This document shows positions 1-11,971 of a stretch of 58,871 bases of DNA, one piece after another (the stretch's first letter is position 1; the number at the start of each line of letters is the position of its first letter). Made by a program: the position numbers and the translations under genes. The notes under the pieces were generated by a model that searched no databases, had not been told where the DNA came from, and was given only the letters and a program-made list of their open reading frames with translations. The stretch is taken from the NCBI GenBank assembly GCA_000388065.2, contig KB932205.1. One strand, written 5' to 3'. This DNA comes from Fonticula alba ATCC 38817. Taxonomy: Eukaryota > Protista > Nucleariida.

Positions 1-3000
1 GCCGGCGGGCCTTCGCGTGTTTATAGGCCCGACAACGCGCGCGACCACTCTCCCTGGCCCAGGGGTCGCCCGGAGGCGGCGGGCTCTCGCCGAATTGCCC
101 CAATGGCCACGTTGCTTCGCCCGGGGCCCCCGGGCGCCGGCCCCGGTGTGCCCCCTTGGGCGGACGCTCCGCCCGATGCCGCAGGACAATGGTCCCGCCC
201 GCCGCACAGTGCCGGCGAGGCCCCGAGCGCGGAGCAATATACCGCGGGCGAGCAGGTCGCCGGGGGCTCTCCGTGTCCAGGGCAAGGCGGGGCCCGGGGG
301 CCGTGGGGTGGCCACCACGGCGGCGTCCCCCCCGGCCCCCACTCCGGTGCACACGCGTGCCCGCCCGCCCAGGTCGATAAGCTACGCCCGGGCCAGCTGC
401 TGTGGCCGAGGCTCTCCGTGCCCCTTTGTGCTGGTGCTTTGCCTGGTCGCATCGCGGGTGCTTGCCCGCGCGCGGTGGCGATTTGCCAGGATTTGGTAGC
501 CACGCACCGGTGTGTGGTGGACGTATGCGCGCGCGCGCGCATGTGCCCGCGGCGCACGCCTGTCGAGAGAGAAAAAGAGAGAGTGGACCCTGGAGGGGGG
601 CGGGGTGTCGTGGCCACGGGCGGACAACGGGGGCGGAGGGCCTGTTCTAGCGGCCGGCGCTGAAACAGCCTTTCCACCACCATCGCTGACCTCTGTTCCG
701 GGCATGGTCCCCGGCCTCTCGGCCCGGTGCCACCATTGTTGCTTGGCTCATGCTGTCCCTCGGCCCGCCCCCCCCCCCTGCCCCGCGGCCGCGCGGCTGG
801 GCGCATCTCTCCGGGCAACGGGAGAACGGCGTGACGGAGGCCAAGCCCCGGGCATGTGTGTGTGTGTGCGTTCCTCGTCCCCTGCCCGCGCGCCGGCCAA
901 CCGGACGCCGGGGGCCCCGCCCGGGGCGCCCGCCCGCGGAGACGCGGCGCCGGTTGGCCGGACCCAGGAGGCCAGGCAGGTACCGCTGGCCGGCGTGCCG
1001 CCAGCACCACCGGGAACCGGTCGGCCCCTGTGTGGCAGGGCCTCGCCCGGGAGTGCGGCGAGACTTGCCCAGGGGCCCGGCCGGCGCGAGGGATATTAGG
1101 CTGCCAGGTTGGCCCGGGCGTCGCGCCCGGGGCCCCGGCCGGCCCCCCCCCCTCCCCCCCGGGGGGACCTCCAGCCGGGGGACGTCGGGGACAGCCGACG
1201 GGATAGACCTCAATAACCGATGGGGCCTGGTGCATGCGCGCGCGCGCGCACGGAAAGAGCGACGCGGCGACGAGGACCGGCCAAGTGAAAGGCCGCCGGG
1301 GAAATCCCACACCGCACCCGCGCCACGCCCGCGCGGGGCCTCCCGGGGCGGCTGGCCGGCGAATCCTAGGTTGCTGGGCCGCGGCCGACAGGCTTCCAAG
1401 GTGCGCATGCGCCCCGGGGCCCCGGGAATCCGAGTCCCCCGGACGTCCTCCGGCCGGGACGAGGGCGCCAGCCTGGTGGACTCGGCCCTGCCCCGCGTGC
1501 AAGGCACACTTCCGCGAAGCGGCTCGCATGGTGCACTTTCTTGTCGCGGGCCCAAGCGGTCATTTGGCCCCCGCCCCCGGTCCCCTGTCCCCGGGCCCGC
1601 GCGGCTGTGGCACCTGGGGGCCGGGCGCCTGGCGCCCAGCGCTCCGGCTCGTCAGCTCGGCAATTTCTTCGGCGCCCCGGGGCCCGGCGGCGTGAATGAA
1701 TCCCAGAAGCTCATTAGTCGGGCGCCGGGGTTCACACTGCCTTGGGTCGCTCTGTGCACTCCCCCCCCCCCTGTCCCCCGCGCCCCCCCCCCCCCCTGGC
1801 CGCGCGGCGCTGGTGGCAGCCTTCTTCGCACGGCCGCCCCCAGGGCGCGGCCGCGGCCGCGGCCGGGCTTCCGATGCTCTTCCCGGAAGAGGGGCCTTCG
1901 GCCGTCGTCTGGTATTCCTGGCGCGCGGGCATGCGCGCGCGCGCGCGCGTGCGCCGAGCGGACGCCCCAGCGACTTTGGGCGTGCCGGGCCGAGAGGTCT
2001 CAGCAAGAGCAGGTCCGCCCCCCCCCCCCCCTATACCCCCCGCCCCCCCTGGTATGCCCCTTCGTCGTCGCGCCCGACCTCGCGGCTGCAGGCGACGCGG
2101 CGGGCTGTTGCATTTTTCCTGCACCGCCTCGGGCCCGGAAATTGTCTCTCCCGTCCTCGGAAGTATTAATCGTGGTCTGTTTTTCCAGCGAAGGCATGGA
2201 CAACCCTGCCAAGGGGGCGGGGGGCGGGGGGGGGGGGGGGGGGTGACCATGCGCCTGTCCATCCTCTTCCCGTGCACACGCGCGCGCGCGCACACGCGCA
2301 CACGCTCGGCAGATCACCGACCCCGAAAGCGCGATAGAGAGAGGGAGATCGGCCAGACGCCGAGGTGCATGCTTCCAGGCGGGCCTCCCGAGGAGGCAGA
2401 GGTTCCCAGGGCGAGCTCGGTCGGCGATGGGCCGGGTTCGCCAGCCGTCGGAAAAATAGCCCCCGAGTATGCCCCCCCCCCCCTGGCTCTCTCCTCCGCG
2501 CCGGTGCCGGGGCCGCCTCCAGGTCCATGGGTACGTGAGCGTTCCTACGAGAGCAGCTCGTTCCAGAAGAAGGCGTGGGCGCACAGGCTGGAGTACCGCC
2601 TGCCCTGGCGCCGGCCACCGGCGCCCCCCGCGCCCCAGGGGAGAACCGGCCCGTGGGGCGCCGGCCTGGACACGGGGGAGGGGCTGGGGAAACGGCCAGG
2701 CCCGGGGGTCCACCCGCACGCCCACTCGCACACCCACACACACACACACACACATACACACACGGAAAGGCGGAGGGCACCTCCCCCGCGCACAACATAC
2801 ATGCCCCTCAGTCGCGGCAGGCCGCGCCACTCCGGCCAGGTGGTGCGCGCCCGAAAGCCAAGCACCCCACACACACGGGCCCCCGGCCCGTCCGGGGGCG
2901 AGCCACTCTTAACAGAGCCACCTCCAGGGGCGGCCAGCGCGGCCGCCGTCTCCGACCGGCCGTCTGCGCCCCCGCCGAGCGAGCCCTCGTGCCCCGTTCG

Positions 3001-5758
3001 TTTTTCCCGACCGGCGATTGAACCAGGCACGACCCCCCCGGCCCGTGAAGCGCCTGTGTCCGCACGAGCCCCGGGCCTGTGTGTGCGCATGCGGGCACCA
3101 CCCACTCCGCCGGGCCTCTCCCCCCTCCCGCCCCCCACACAAGGGGGCTGGGGGGCGGGGGGGGAAGACCACCAGACGGGCCCCCGCCCCGACACTCCAT
3201 CTCCCCCCCCCCCCCCCCCCAGGGGCGAGGGAGGGGGAAGCAACAGCATCTGGATCAGAGAACACCCTACAGGCGTGCTTGTGCGCGATCTCCCCGCCGG
3301 CCGGAGAGACATGCCCGGCCTGGGGCCACCCCCGGCTCCGAGGCACTTCTCCAGAAAGGCCCACCCCTTGTGGCCTCCGTCCGTCTGAGGGAGGGGCACA
3401 ACGAGGGGGTGGGGGGGCTTACACCGGAAACGCACCGCACTGCCCGGGGTTCGGCCGCGCACCAGGCTGCCGCTCCCTTATGCTGTCCGGCCCTCCGGGC
3501 CTCTCGCCGCGCGGCGGAGCTCACACGCACGCGCACGGCCGAAGGGCCAGCCGGCACCAGGCCGCCACGCACACGCAGCCGCCAGGGGGCCACAGGGCGC
3601 TTTGCCCGCGCGATTGATTGCCAGGCACCGAGCCGTGGGCCGGAGATCCCCGGGTGCAGATCGCTCGCGCGCCACCCGCGCCCTGCCGGATCCGCCCCCC
3701 TCCCCCGCCGGAGGCGGAGGGATGTCCGTGGCCGTGATGGGAGCCATGAAAGCTTGTCGTTCTTGTCCCGCGCGCCTGCGCCCGGGTCTCGGATCCGCGG
3801 TGCCCCCCCCCCCCCCCCCCNNNNNNNNNNNNNNNNNNNNNNNNNNNNNNNNNNNNNNNNNNNNNNNNNNNNNNNNNNNNNNNGGGCAGGGCAGGGCAGG
3901 GCAGGGCGGGGCGGGGCAGGGCGGGGCGGGGGCGGAGGACGCGGGGGTCAACACAGCCACGCCCACACACCCGCGCCTGTGTACGCAGATGTGCGCGACA
4001 CCACTATGCCGCCCATTGTGGGCCGAATCCCCGGCAGGAATCGGTATCTGCCTTTGCACACTCCTCTCACCCCCCGGCCCCCCGGCTCCCCGGCCCCGAC
4101 GAGGAGTAAGGCGCGTCTTTCGCGACTCTTCCCCCACACCATCCGCGCACCTGGGCGCTTGCAACCACCACCCTCCCGAGGCCCTTGCGAGGGAGTTAAA
4201 GAATTGCTCCCACACAGGCACCCCGCCGGGAGGAGAATACACACCACACTCCGGGTTCCTTTACCTCCCCTCTTTCGTCCGCCTCGCGCTCGCATTCCCC
4301 CATTCCCCCCCCCCCCCCATATACACACGCCGCCTCGCACGCGCATCTCCGTGACAGGTAGCTCGGGATCTCAACCTCCCCCCATCCATCTTCCTCAGCG
4401 CCCCTCGCCGCTCTGCATCTCCTGCCTCGCGGTAAGTCCCCTGCTCATCCCCCTTGTCCTGTGCGCCCTCTCTCCTGCCCGGTGCTAACCCGTCACCCGG
4501 GGCCGCAGTCCATCGTGTGTGCATCCCCATCTCCCCCCCCCCCTCCTCTCTCTCTCTCTCCTCCTCCAGAGCTTGCACTTGTGCATCCCCTTCAAGGCAA
4601 ACAAGTGTGTATGAGTGCCTCGCTCGCACGCCCCCTGCCCTGACCCTCCTTCCCCCCCNNNNNNNNNNNNNNNNNNNNNNNNNNNNNNNNNNNNNNNNNN
4701 NNNNNNNNNNNNNNNNNNNNNNNNNNNNNNNNNNNNNNNNNNNNNNNNNNNNNNNNNNNNNNNNNNNNNNNNNNNNNNNNNNNNNNNNNNNNNNNNNNNN
4801 NNNNNNNNNNNNNNNNNNNNNNNNNNNNNNNNNNNNNNNNNNNNNNNNNNNNNNNNNNNNNNNNNNNNNNNNNNNNNNNNNNNNNNNNNNNNNNNNNNNN
4901 NNNNNNNNNNNNNNNNNNNNNNNNNNNNNNNNNNNNNNNNTTTTTTTCTCGCTCGCGCACGCCCGTGCCCGCTCCTTGTCCCCTTTCCTCCCTTCCGCAT
5001 GTCACACCTCTCGGTGGCGGATCGAATCGCACGCGCGAGGGTCTGCCCCATGCCCCCCTCCTGAGGACACGGCGACCAACGAACACGGGCTTCTCCGCCG
5101 AGCACACACACACACACACACGCACATCCGCCCGCGCGCGCACACACTTGTCCTGTCTTGCCATCCCCCCCCCCCCCATCCCCCATCCCCCATCTCGCCC
5201 TGAGTGCTTCCTCGTGTCTTGAGGCTGCTCTCCTTCCCCTTCTCTCCCCTTCTTTGGCTGACTCGTGTAACCACCTGCTCTTCCCCCTACCGTCGTCGCT
5301 TTGGGCCTCGGTTGACCGGCTGGCCACTCGCCCCCTCCTCCCTCTTCCGCCCTCCTCCGCCCTCCTCCGCCCTCCTCCGCCCTCTTCGGCCTCTCCCTCC
5401 ACAACCGTACGCATCGTCCCTCTCCTCCTCCTCCTCCTCCCCCTCCTCCTCCCCCTACCCCAGATTGTGTCTGTGTCCGGTGCAAACTTTGTGAGCGAGT
5501 CAACAAGTGGGTGTGTGTGTGTGTGTGTGCACGCGTGCATATCTCCGTGAGCGAGTGAGTGAGTGCGTGTGCGTGTGCTCCCGTCCGGCCTCCACCCCTC
5601 TCCTATCCCCTCAAGGGAGCACCCCATCGGGTCCGCCCTCGTGTGATACACATCGCCTGTGAGAGCGCATGCGCGCGTGCCCCCCTCCCTCGCCTCCTCC
5701 TCCTCCTCCTCCCCGGCACGGCTCGTCTCCTTTCCCCCCCTTCGCTGCCACTCGCGGC

Positions 5759-8700
5759 ATGCTCTTCCCCTTCACGTCGCAGTCGCTGATCGCCGCGGCC
5801 GACTCATTTCGCACGCAGTCACCCCCCTCGACTGCCATTGAGCCGACCACCAGCAACCCACAGCTCCGGCCAGTCTCCTCCTCAGTCAACACTGACCCTT
5901 CCAGCGCTGTTGCCTACTCTTCTTCCTCCACCGCCTCCACTTCCGCCCCATCCTCCTCTGCTGCGCCTCCTCTCGCCATGGTCGATGCTGCCCCTCCCCC
6001 CATGACGGCTCCTCGCTCGCCTGGCCTTCTCCCCACGGTCCTGGCGGTGGCCATCGGCGGTGCTTCTTCTTCACGGACACCCGCCTCCCTGCCCTTCGCC
6101 ATGGCGGCCCCCCTGGCCTCGACCGCCTCCTCCACCGACTACATCGATGATGATGACGACGACGACGATGACCATTCATTGGTCCTGCTTCCGGCATCCA
6201 TCGATCCGGCCACTCCCCCGGCAATCGCCCCGTCCGCCCCGCTGTCGGTCTTCTTCTCTCCAGCTCGCTCTACCAAGGTCACCCCCTACCGTCAGGTGCC
6301 CTCGTCCTTGGTCACCTCTCCTGTGGGCTCTCCCCCTCTGGCTCCCTCTGAACAGCCATCTTCATCGACGACGACGCCGACGACGACGTGTCCCCCGTCT
6401 CCGTGTCCCCCTTCCCCGTCCTCCCCCCCCTTGCAACACATGAGGCCGACGACTCCCGATTCTGATACTTGTTCTTTGTCATCTTTTCTGGAGTCCCTTT
6501 CTGCCGAAGACCCTGCATCTGGCGTTGACAGCCTAAAGAGCCCCTCCGACAGAAGCAGCATCCACAGCGGCGCCCTGCTTGAGGACCCCGCTAGCCTGGA
6601 CCCCAACTACCACCACCTGTCCTCTTCCTCCTCGATTGCCGCCCTCCCCGCGGCCAACGACGACGGGCCCGCCTCCCTCTCCGTGCGTGGTCTCCACTCT
6701 CTGGTCCCATCTCGGGACTCCTTCCTCCTCCTCCTCTTCTTCTTCTTCTTCTCCCTTTCCCTCTCGCTCTCCGCCCTTCATCCCGCCGTATGTCTGTCCA
6801 CCTTCGTGCTTACCCATATGTCCCCCACACCGCATGCCGGCCGGCTCTCCACACCTCCACACCTCCACCACCACCACCACCACCCCAGCAGCGTGGTAAC
6901 TCCATCTCCACGGTCAGCCTCGCATCCAGCACGGCCACCGGCTCATCGCTCAATCTCCAGCACCTGCCCACTCGCGTGCTGGTTCGCTCGCCATCCATCG
7001 TCTCCTCGGCGTCCACCTGCTCGGCAACTTCCACGTCTTCCTCCTCCTCCGGCAAGACCTCCTTCCTATCCCGGCGCAAGCAGGCCACCGTTGGCATGCC
7101 TGTTTCTCCGGCTGCCAGTAACAGCACCATTTCTAGCCTGGCCAGTGGTCCCACCGTCAACGCCGCCACCAGCACCAGCCACAGCACCAGGATGCACTCG
7201 GCATCTTCCACCTCCTCCATGCACCTGGATTCGCCGGGCGGCGAGCATGCCGGCGCCGGCACGCATGCCCTCCCCACGGCCCCGACCTCCAGCCATGGGT
7301 CACCGACCGGGGCCTTCGGCATGACCAAGCAGTCGGCCTTCAACCACAGCGAGGACTTTACCACCGCCTCGACTCCGGCCTCGGCGCCCCAGACCCCCAT
7401 CCGGCCCAGTCACCTGCAAGTGTCCGCCAACGATGCCATCCTCCGGGCGGAATCTTCACCGGGGCTGGCGCCTGCCTCGGCGGCTGCCGGATCGGCGGCC
7501 GCCTCCATGCCCGCCTCGCCGGCCACCAGCAGCCAGTATTTGGCCGCCGTGACGGCCTCCACCCCTGGGGGTGGGAATTCCACCCCCGGGTCACGCTCGA
7601 TGTCGGCCTCGCCCTCGATCAACTTTTCGATGGAGCGCATTTCGTCCTACGACACGCGCTCCGAGCAGGCCATGGGCACCATCCAGCGGGGTGCCCGGTC
7701 GGTCAACATGTTCTCCATCAACCGGAAGATGATCACCGACAAGCTCTTCAACCGGTCCATGATGAAGTCCCCGGCCGACATGCTGGACTTCACGGTGGAG
7801 GATGCGGTGCTGAATTCCGACCTCCGGGCCGCGCTCATTACTTTTGCTTCGTCGGAATTCTCCGAGGAGAATGTCATCTTCCTGGGGGATGTCATTTCGC
7901 TGAAGCGCAATCGCGACTGGCACCGCATCGAGGAGATGGTCCGCGAGTATATCCACACCGACTCGCCGATGGCCCTGAACATCGAGTACAAGACGCGCGA
8001 CACCATCCTCAAGCGCGTGTCGCTCTTGACACCGGAGTACCTGGATTCCATGACCGATGACGATGACATCACCCTCTTTGATACGGCCTTCAAGGAAATT
8101 GTCCGCCTGGTGGAGACCAATGTCTTCCCGCGCTTCAAGGCCCAATACTTGGCCGCGCGCAATGTCAAGCCCATGGTCGATGTCATTGACCACACTCGCC
8201 GCGTGGTCATCGTCGGTGGCGGCATGGTTGGTGCTTATGCGGCCCTCCTGCTGGACCAGATGCCTCGGTTCCATGTGACCCTCATCGATACCAAGGAGTA
8301 CTTCGAGTTTACGCCCGGCATTACGCAGGTGTTCGCCGATCCGAGCAAGGTCGATCGCTTCCGTCTTCCCCATGCGTCGTACCTGCGCAATGGCCGCATC
8401 ATCGTTGGCCATGTGAATTCCATCACCCCGACCAGCGTGCGGGTGGAGAATGTCGATCACCCGTGCGATTACATGATCTTCGCCAGTGGGTCTTCCTACA
8501 ATTCCCAGATCAAGGGCCGCAACGTCACCACCGCCTATCGGACCAAGAAGGTGACCAATGAGTTCCAAATCCTCCAGCGCGCTCGGCGGGTATTGATCAT
8601 CGGCGGTGGTGCTGTCGGTGTGCAATTGGCCGCTGAGTTTGCCGAGAAGTTCCCCGAGAAGAAGATTTCCCTTGTGAGTTCCAATCCGCTGCTTTTGCGG

Positions 8701-9330
8701 CGGTTGCCTTCCTCGGCTCACCAGCTGGCCAAGATGTACCTCCAGTCCATGGGGGTGCAGCTGATCCTCGGAGAGCGTGTCATCGGTATCGATCAATCTG
8801 GCACCATCCTGCAGACCGACAAGGGGACCATCCTCGAATGTGACAAGTTCTACCTGGCCGTCGGCCTCATTCCTCAGACCAAGTACCTGCAAAATTCCCT
8901 CCCCTCGCTGGTGGATGAGGATGGCTTCATCACCGTCACCAACACCCTGCAGGTGGAGGGCTATTCGCACATGTTCGCCGGGGGTGATTCCTCCAATCTC
9001 CCATGCGAGAAGCTGGCCATCGCCGCTGCCTCCCATGGTGTTACCATTGCTCGGAATATTTGCCGTCTAGAAAAGGCCCGGCCGCCGCTGGTTCTCGGAG
9101 AAAAGGGCACCGCCTCCTCCTCAGATCGGCCCATTGCCCAGATCGTGTCGATCGGCGGGCAAACGGCCATCTTCGCCGTGCGCGGCATGCAGGCCATGGC
9201 CAACAAGAAGTTCCTGAAGACCAAGGACAAGTTCGAGCGCGATATGATCAACTCCCTTCACCACAAGGCCCCGATCCATGTGCTCCTCGGCAAGCCGCCG
9301 CGGCCACTGAAGGCTGGCCCCCGTCCTTGA
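5759..9330 (+). CDS. RGS domain + AIFM2/FSP1(AMID)-like FAD/NAD(P)H oxidoreductase fusion protein with long S/T/P/A-rich N-terminus (~1121 aa)
   Basis: Exons 5759-6682 and 6889-9330. The phase-0 intron runs GTGCGT (6683) to CAG (6888), with an alternative CAG at 6891. RGS box at ~7786-8150 (TFASSEFSEENVIFL...EYIHTDSPMALNIEYKTR...LFDTAFKEIVRLVETNVFPRF). Reductase at ~8197-9327 with two Rossmann motifs (VVIVGGGMVG, VLIIGGGAVGVQLAAE), TLIDTKEYFEF, YMIFASGS and HMFAGGD. The start codon is uncertain; upstream exons may lie in the gapped region. Confidence 0.85.
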
Positions 9331-11265
9331 TGTTTATGTATATGTATGCGTGTGCATGTGTATGTATATATTTGTGTATATATATGTATATACGCGCACA
9401 ACCACGCGACATCTCTCCCCCCCTCTTCCCCCTCCCCCTTTCTCCCTTCGCTTCGCCATGGGGCTTCTCCTCTGTGGGATGGCCAATTGCATGTGCCGCG
9501 CGCGCCCCCGTATCTAAGTGTGAGAACGAGAGGGGAAATATGGGAACGAGGCGGGCAGGGCGGGGCACATGTCCGCGTGTGCGCGCGGGGGTGCACCTGT
9601 ATGTCTTCCGCTCTTCAGCATGTCCGATGTCGCCGCGCGCTGGTCCCCGGGGCCTCGGACTGTGTGTGTCCCCATGTACAGCGCCCCGTCATCCTCCTTC
9701 TCTCCCCCTCCCTCCCTCTATGTGAGGTTTTTGTGCCCTTGGAGGAGATCAAGCGTGCGCGTGTGCACATGGATATTTCCGGCACCTGCCACTCCCCTCC
9801 CCCTCTATCTCTCTGTCTGCCCCTATCTCCTCCTCCTCCCTCTGGTGTTCGCGTGTGTGTGTGTGTGTGCGCGCGCGCGCGCATTTCGCCCTGTCGTGTG
9901 TACCCTCCCCCGCTGGCAGTGTCCATTTCCAACCACCACCACGCGCACCAGCACGGGCAGTCTCCCCCTTCCCCCCCCCCCTTCACAAGCAGGAAACCGC
10001 GCGGGCTGTTCGCGGATCCCTATATATAGATCACCGCCCTCCCCTACTACCTTCCTTCCCCCTCTCCCCCCCTATTTTTCCCTGCTCCCTCCTGAACACC
10101 CGATCTGTCTTCCCTTCCCTCCCTGTGGTGATTCCGACGTGATGTGCCGTGCACAACACCTTGCTCCCATTTGAACTACAAAATACTCTCTTCTCTTTTT
10201 CTCCCTTATATACAACTTCTCTTTTGGCGGTCATGCGTGGGCAATGGCAATGCCTTTCTTCCCTTTCGCCTCTCTCTGCCCTTCGAAAAAATTTTGTACC
10301 TTCCCTGGTTTCTTTTCGATCTGTGTATACCGTGCCATCCGCTTTCCCTTGGGCACATGCCCACCCGAGCATGGTGCATGCCGGTATATGTGCATGCAAT
10401 CGAGAGGCAGAATATGTACATCTCCCGGTTATGTATATACAGTTACATATATATATATATATATTTTTATACAGTTTATATTTACGGTTATATATTTTAC
10501 AGGTGTGCAGCCACCCACCGCATGAGATACCGTCTCCCTACTCCCTGCTAGTGGCCCTCCGGCGCTTTTCCTCCTCCATCCCACGCGCCGGCGGAAGCAC
10601 ATCTGGACAATGTCCGCCAGTTTTGGCCCAACCTCCAATCCATAAAGACAAGCGAGATACTCCTCGCCGTGCTCTCTTGTGGGGTGGGGGGGGGGGGGGG
10701 AGGCGCAAGAGGTGTGGGCCACCTGGGCCGAGAAGTTTGCGGGTGGAGGGGGAAGCCAGGGACCCCGGGCATATGGTCGCCTTCGGATGACCAATGATCC
10801 GGCTGCCCTGCTCTTCAACGAGCCATGCCACCGCACCATCCTCAAGTCTCCTCAACGGGGGCGTGTTTTGCTGATCAACATAGCAACGATCTCGCCGTTT
10901 GGTTGACGATCGGACAAAGGCCAGAGTGTGGGGTGGAGAGGATGCAAGTGTACCATGCCTAGGGTGCACACATGCTTCGATAAGCTCAGGTGTATGTATG
11001 GGTGGGGGAGGGGAGAAAGAGAGAGAGAGAAAGAGAGAGATAACGAGAGGAAGAGAGGATGAGAGAGGGCGAGAGGGGGTGAGGGGGAGGTGAATCTATC
11101 AAAAACAGAGGCCAACGGATGAAGAACAGGCGGTGGCACCAGGCCGGAGCCCTGACAGACTGGTTGAGCCACTGTCTCGGATAGGGGGAGAGGCAGGGGA
11201 TCGCACTCGAAAAGGCACCCGCGGACAAGAGCCATCCCTCATGAAACAATGGCAGTAAGGGCATC

Positions 11266-11267
<2 letters not shown>

Positions 11268-11308
<41 letters not shown>
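11268..11308. repeat. (AG)n microsatellite, about 20 units
   Basis: Directly visible pure run. Confidence 0.95.
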
Positions 11309-11310
<2 letters not shown>

Positions 11311-11971
11311 AAGAGGAGGCCTACTCATGGCAAGAAATGCTAGCACTCCCCCCAGAGGCGACAGGGGGCCGTTGGACCCCGCCTGGCCTCCACTGGGGAA
11401 GAAGAAGCATTTCTTCTGGCCAGCTTGCGCCACATGGTGGCCCAGCACACGCCTCAGGGCATGCCGGCCACTCCGCGGCTGTGGACCGGCGAGATACGGT
11501 GGGAAGCCCGCCTTGCCTGCCGTGCTCCATGGGCCCTCCCCGGGGTCAGGTAAAGATAGCCCGGAAAAGGACACGGCTACCACCATGGGGCATCACTTGC
11601 CAAATATCAACAACGCGGGAGCCAACAAGATGATGCCCCGAGGCCTGCCATGGCACATATCGGTACAAGAGAGGAGAGGGGGGGGGGAGGCGTTTGTATT
11701 GTATCAGGAGGGAAGGGGCGATGGGCGAGCGACGGCGCATACGCGCCAATGCAACGGGTACGCAGGCGCCCTTGTATGCGCGCGGGTGTGATGTTGTGTG
11801 AGACAGGAGAAGGAAGCGAGAGGCATGGGAGGTAGGGGAGAGGAGGGGAGGGGGGAGAGAGAGAGGGAATTCTCCTCCTCCTCCCCCGCCCCCCCCCCCT
11901 CACCGATGCCAACATCACCACCGAACACCGGGAGAATGCCTCCCAAGGAGGCTACCAGCACTTGTGGCTAT

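Noticed and set aside
17-4488. Many long overlapping ORFs on both strands (up to 548 aa)
   Set aside because: They are Arg/Gly/Pro/Ala-rich, translate poly-C and (CA)n repeats, and show no domain motifs or codon bias; expected from stop-codon scarcity at about 75% GC.
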